50,971 nt of DNA from positions 1 to 50,971 of the forward strand of contig CAYIQY010000001.1 of the NCBI GenBank assembly GCA_964365665.1, read 5' to 3'. The DNA is from an uncultured Candidatus Saccharibacteria bacterium (GTDB taxonomy: Bacteria; Patescibacteriota; Saccharimonadia; Saccharimonadales; Saccharimonadaceae). Below the pieces are notes generated by a model, which had not been told where the DNA came from, did not search any database, and saw nothing but the letters and a program-made list of their open reading frames with translations. Of the stretch, positions 50,364 to 50,971 are shown piece after piece (the first letter of the stretch is position 1; each line of letters opens with the position of its first letter). The translations under genes were made by a program, and so were the position numbers.

Positions 50364-50384
50364 TTTTAGGGTTAAACCCTAAAA
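50364..50384. terminator. perfect palindrome between convergent genes (bidirectional terminator candidate)
   Basis: TTTTAGGGTT-A-AACCCTAAAA, with 10-nt arms. Confidence 0.5.
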
Positions 50385-50393
50385 GCATACGCT

Positions 50394-50573
50394 TTATAAA
50401 ATCTCAACGTTTTTTGCGAGGGTTTTAAGCCTGATGTCGTTTTTCTGACGGACGGTAACAGTCATCACACCTGTTTTACTAGTGTGAATGTCTTCGATCG
50501 TGCCTGATTTGCCTGTATGTGTCCCGGCAATTACCTTGCACTTCGCACCGTCTTTGAGCTGTTTGGTATTCAT
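50394..50573 (-). CDS. small KOW-like protein (59 aa)
   Basis: Met28 of the tracked ORF follows a TAGGA box and avoids overlap with the upstream gene. GAKCKVIAGTHTGKSGTIEDI resembles a KOW motif. Confidence 0.4.
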   Translation of the reverse strand: MNTKQLKDGAKCKVIAGTHTGKSGTIEDIHTSKTGVMTVTVRQKNDIRLKTLAKNVEIL

Positions 50574-50605
50574 ATTCCTATCATAGCAAATTAGGTATGT
50601 TCTAT

Positions 50606-50962
50606 TTATTTGCCTTTCGCTTCGTTCACTTTGGCTTGCACTTTGAGTAGCCACTCCAAGATTTCAGTAGGCACTTCTTGGTCGTACCGTATCTGAAAGG
50701 ACTTGCTGCCGGTTTTATACCCTATGTCTTCGAGGATCTTGCGGTCTTCGCTTTGGAGCTGACCCTCGAAAATTTCAAAGGTGATGTGGTTTGTGTATGT
50801 ATCGAACCCGGCTAGGTATCCATGGTATTTGTAGTACGGCTTGCCATAGTGGATGCCCTCGGCAGCTTCCGGCACCGCCGCTTTCACTACTTTCCGTAGC
50901 TCCTCCATGTGATGCCGGGCTACTTCCGGAGAAGCTGCTATGAATTCATCAACGTTTTTCAC
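50606..50962 (-). CDS. DUF1801 (YdhG-like) domain protein
   Basis: 118 aa. VDEFIA....VARHHMEELRKVVKAAVPEAAEGIHYGKPYYKYHG. GTG start close to the window edge. This is the second DUF1801 gene in the window. Confidence 0.6.
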   Translation of the reverse strand: MKNVDEFIAASPEVARHHMEELRKVVKAAVPEAAEGIHYGKPYYKYHGYLAGFDTYTNHITFEIFEGQLQSEDRKILEDIGYKTGSKSFQIRYDQEVPTEILEWLLKVQAKVNEAKGK

Positions 50963-50971
50963 TGAATAGTT

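Noticed and set aside
1-50971. A search by eye for CRISPR arrays, rRNA genes, transposases or integrases, prophage structural genes and additional tRNAs.
   Set aside because: I saw no regularly spaced direct repeats with unique spacers, no rRNA-like conserved stretches, and no DDE, tyrosine or serine recombinase motifs. Only one cloverleaf (tRNA-Gln) was found. tRNAscan-SE, Infernal and ISEScan would be the definitive checks.

Overview
This window reads as a chromosome segment from a small-genome, moderately A+T-rich bacterium. The gene content suggests a Patescibacteria or Saccharibacteria-like organism, but that lineage call is an inference made without any search.

Core genes: tgt, cysS, an NrnA-like DHH phosphoesterase, recR, ybaB, dnaB, dnaX, rplJ-rplL with an L10 leader, and tRNA-Gln(UUG). 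There is also an OmpR-type two-component system with a MacB-type ABC exporter, an AI-2E transporter, a GreA-like factor and a heliorhodopsin.

Accessory and defence-like content:
- A Type III R-M system (mod-res) is followed by a self-contained operon of six paralogous winged-helix genes, the last fused to a HEPN-like RNase domain.
- A compact three-gene cassette encodes an E2-like protein, a minimal E1-like adenylase and a ThiS/MoaD-like ubiquitin-like protein.
- An HD-domain protein is paired with a PD-(D/E)xK-like protein.
- A membrane-anchored Mrr-like nuclease is present.

Non-coding highlights:
- Two diverged, inversely oriented copies of a roughly 0.5 kb highly structured element bracket a 5.6 kb housekeeping block. 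The copies share a 48-nt identical core and show compensatory helix changes.
- Two small hydrophobic-peptide cassettes sit in tandem.
- A -10 box lies 6-8 nt upstream of the ATG at many genes, which implies widespread leaderless mRNAs.
- G+C-rich islets interrupt the A+T-richer backbone.

I saw no CRISPR array, rRNA, transposase or integrase. All family assignments come from motifs read by eye, and no database search was run.
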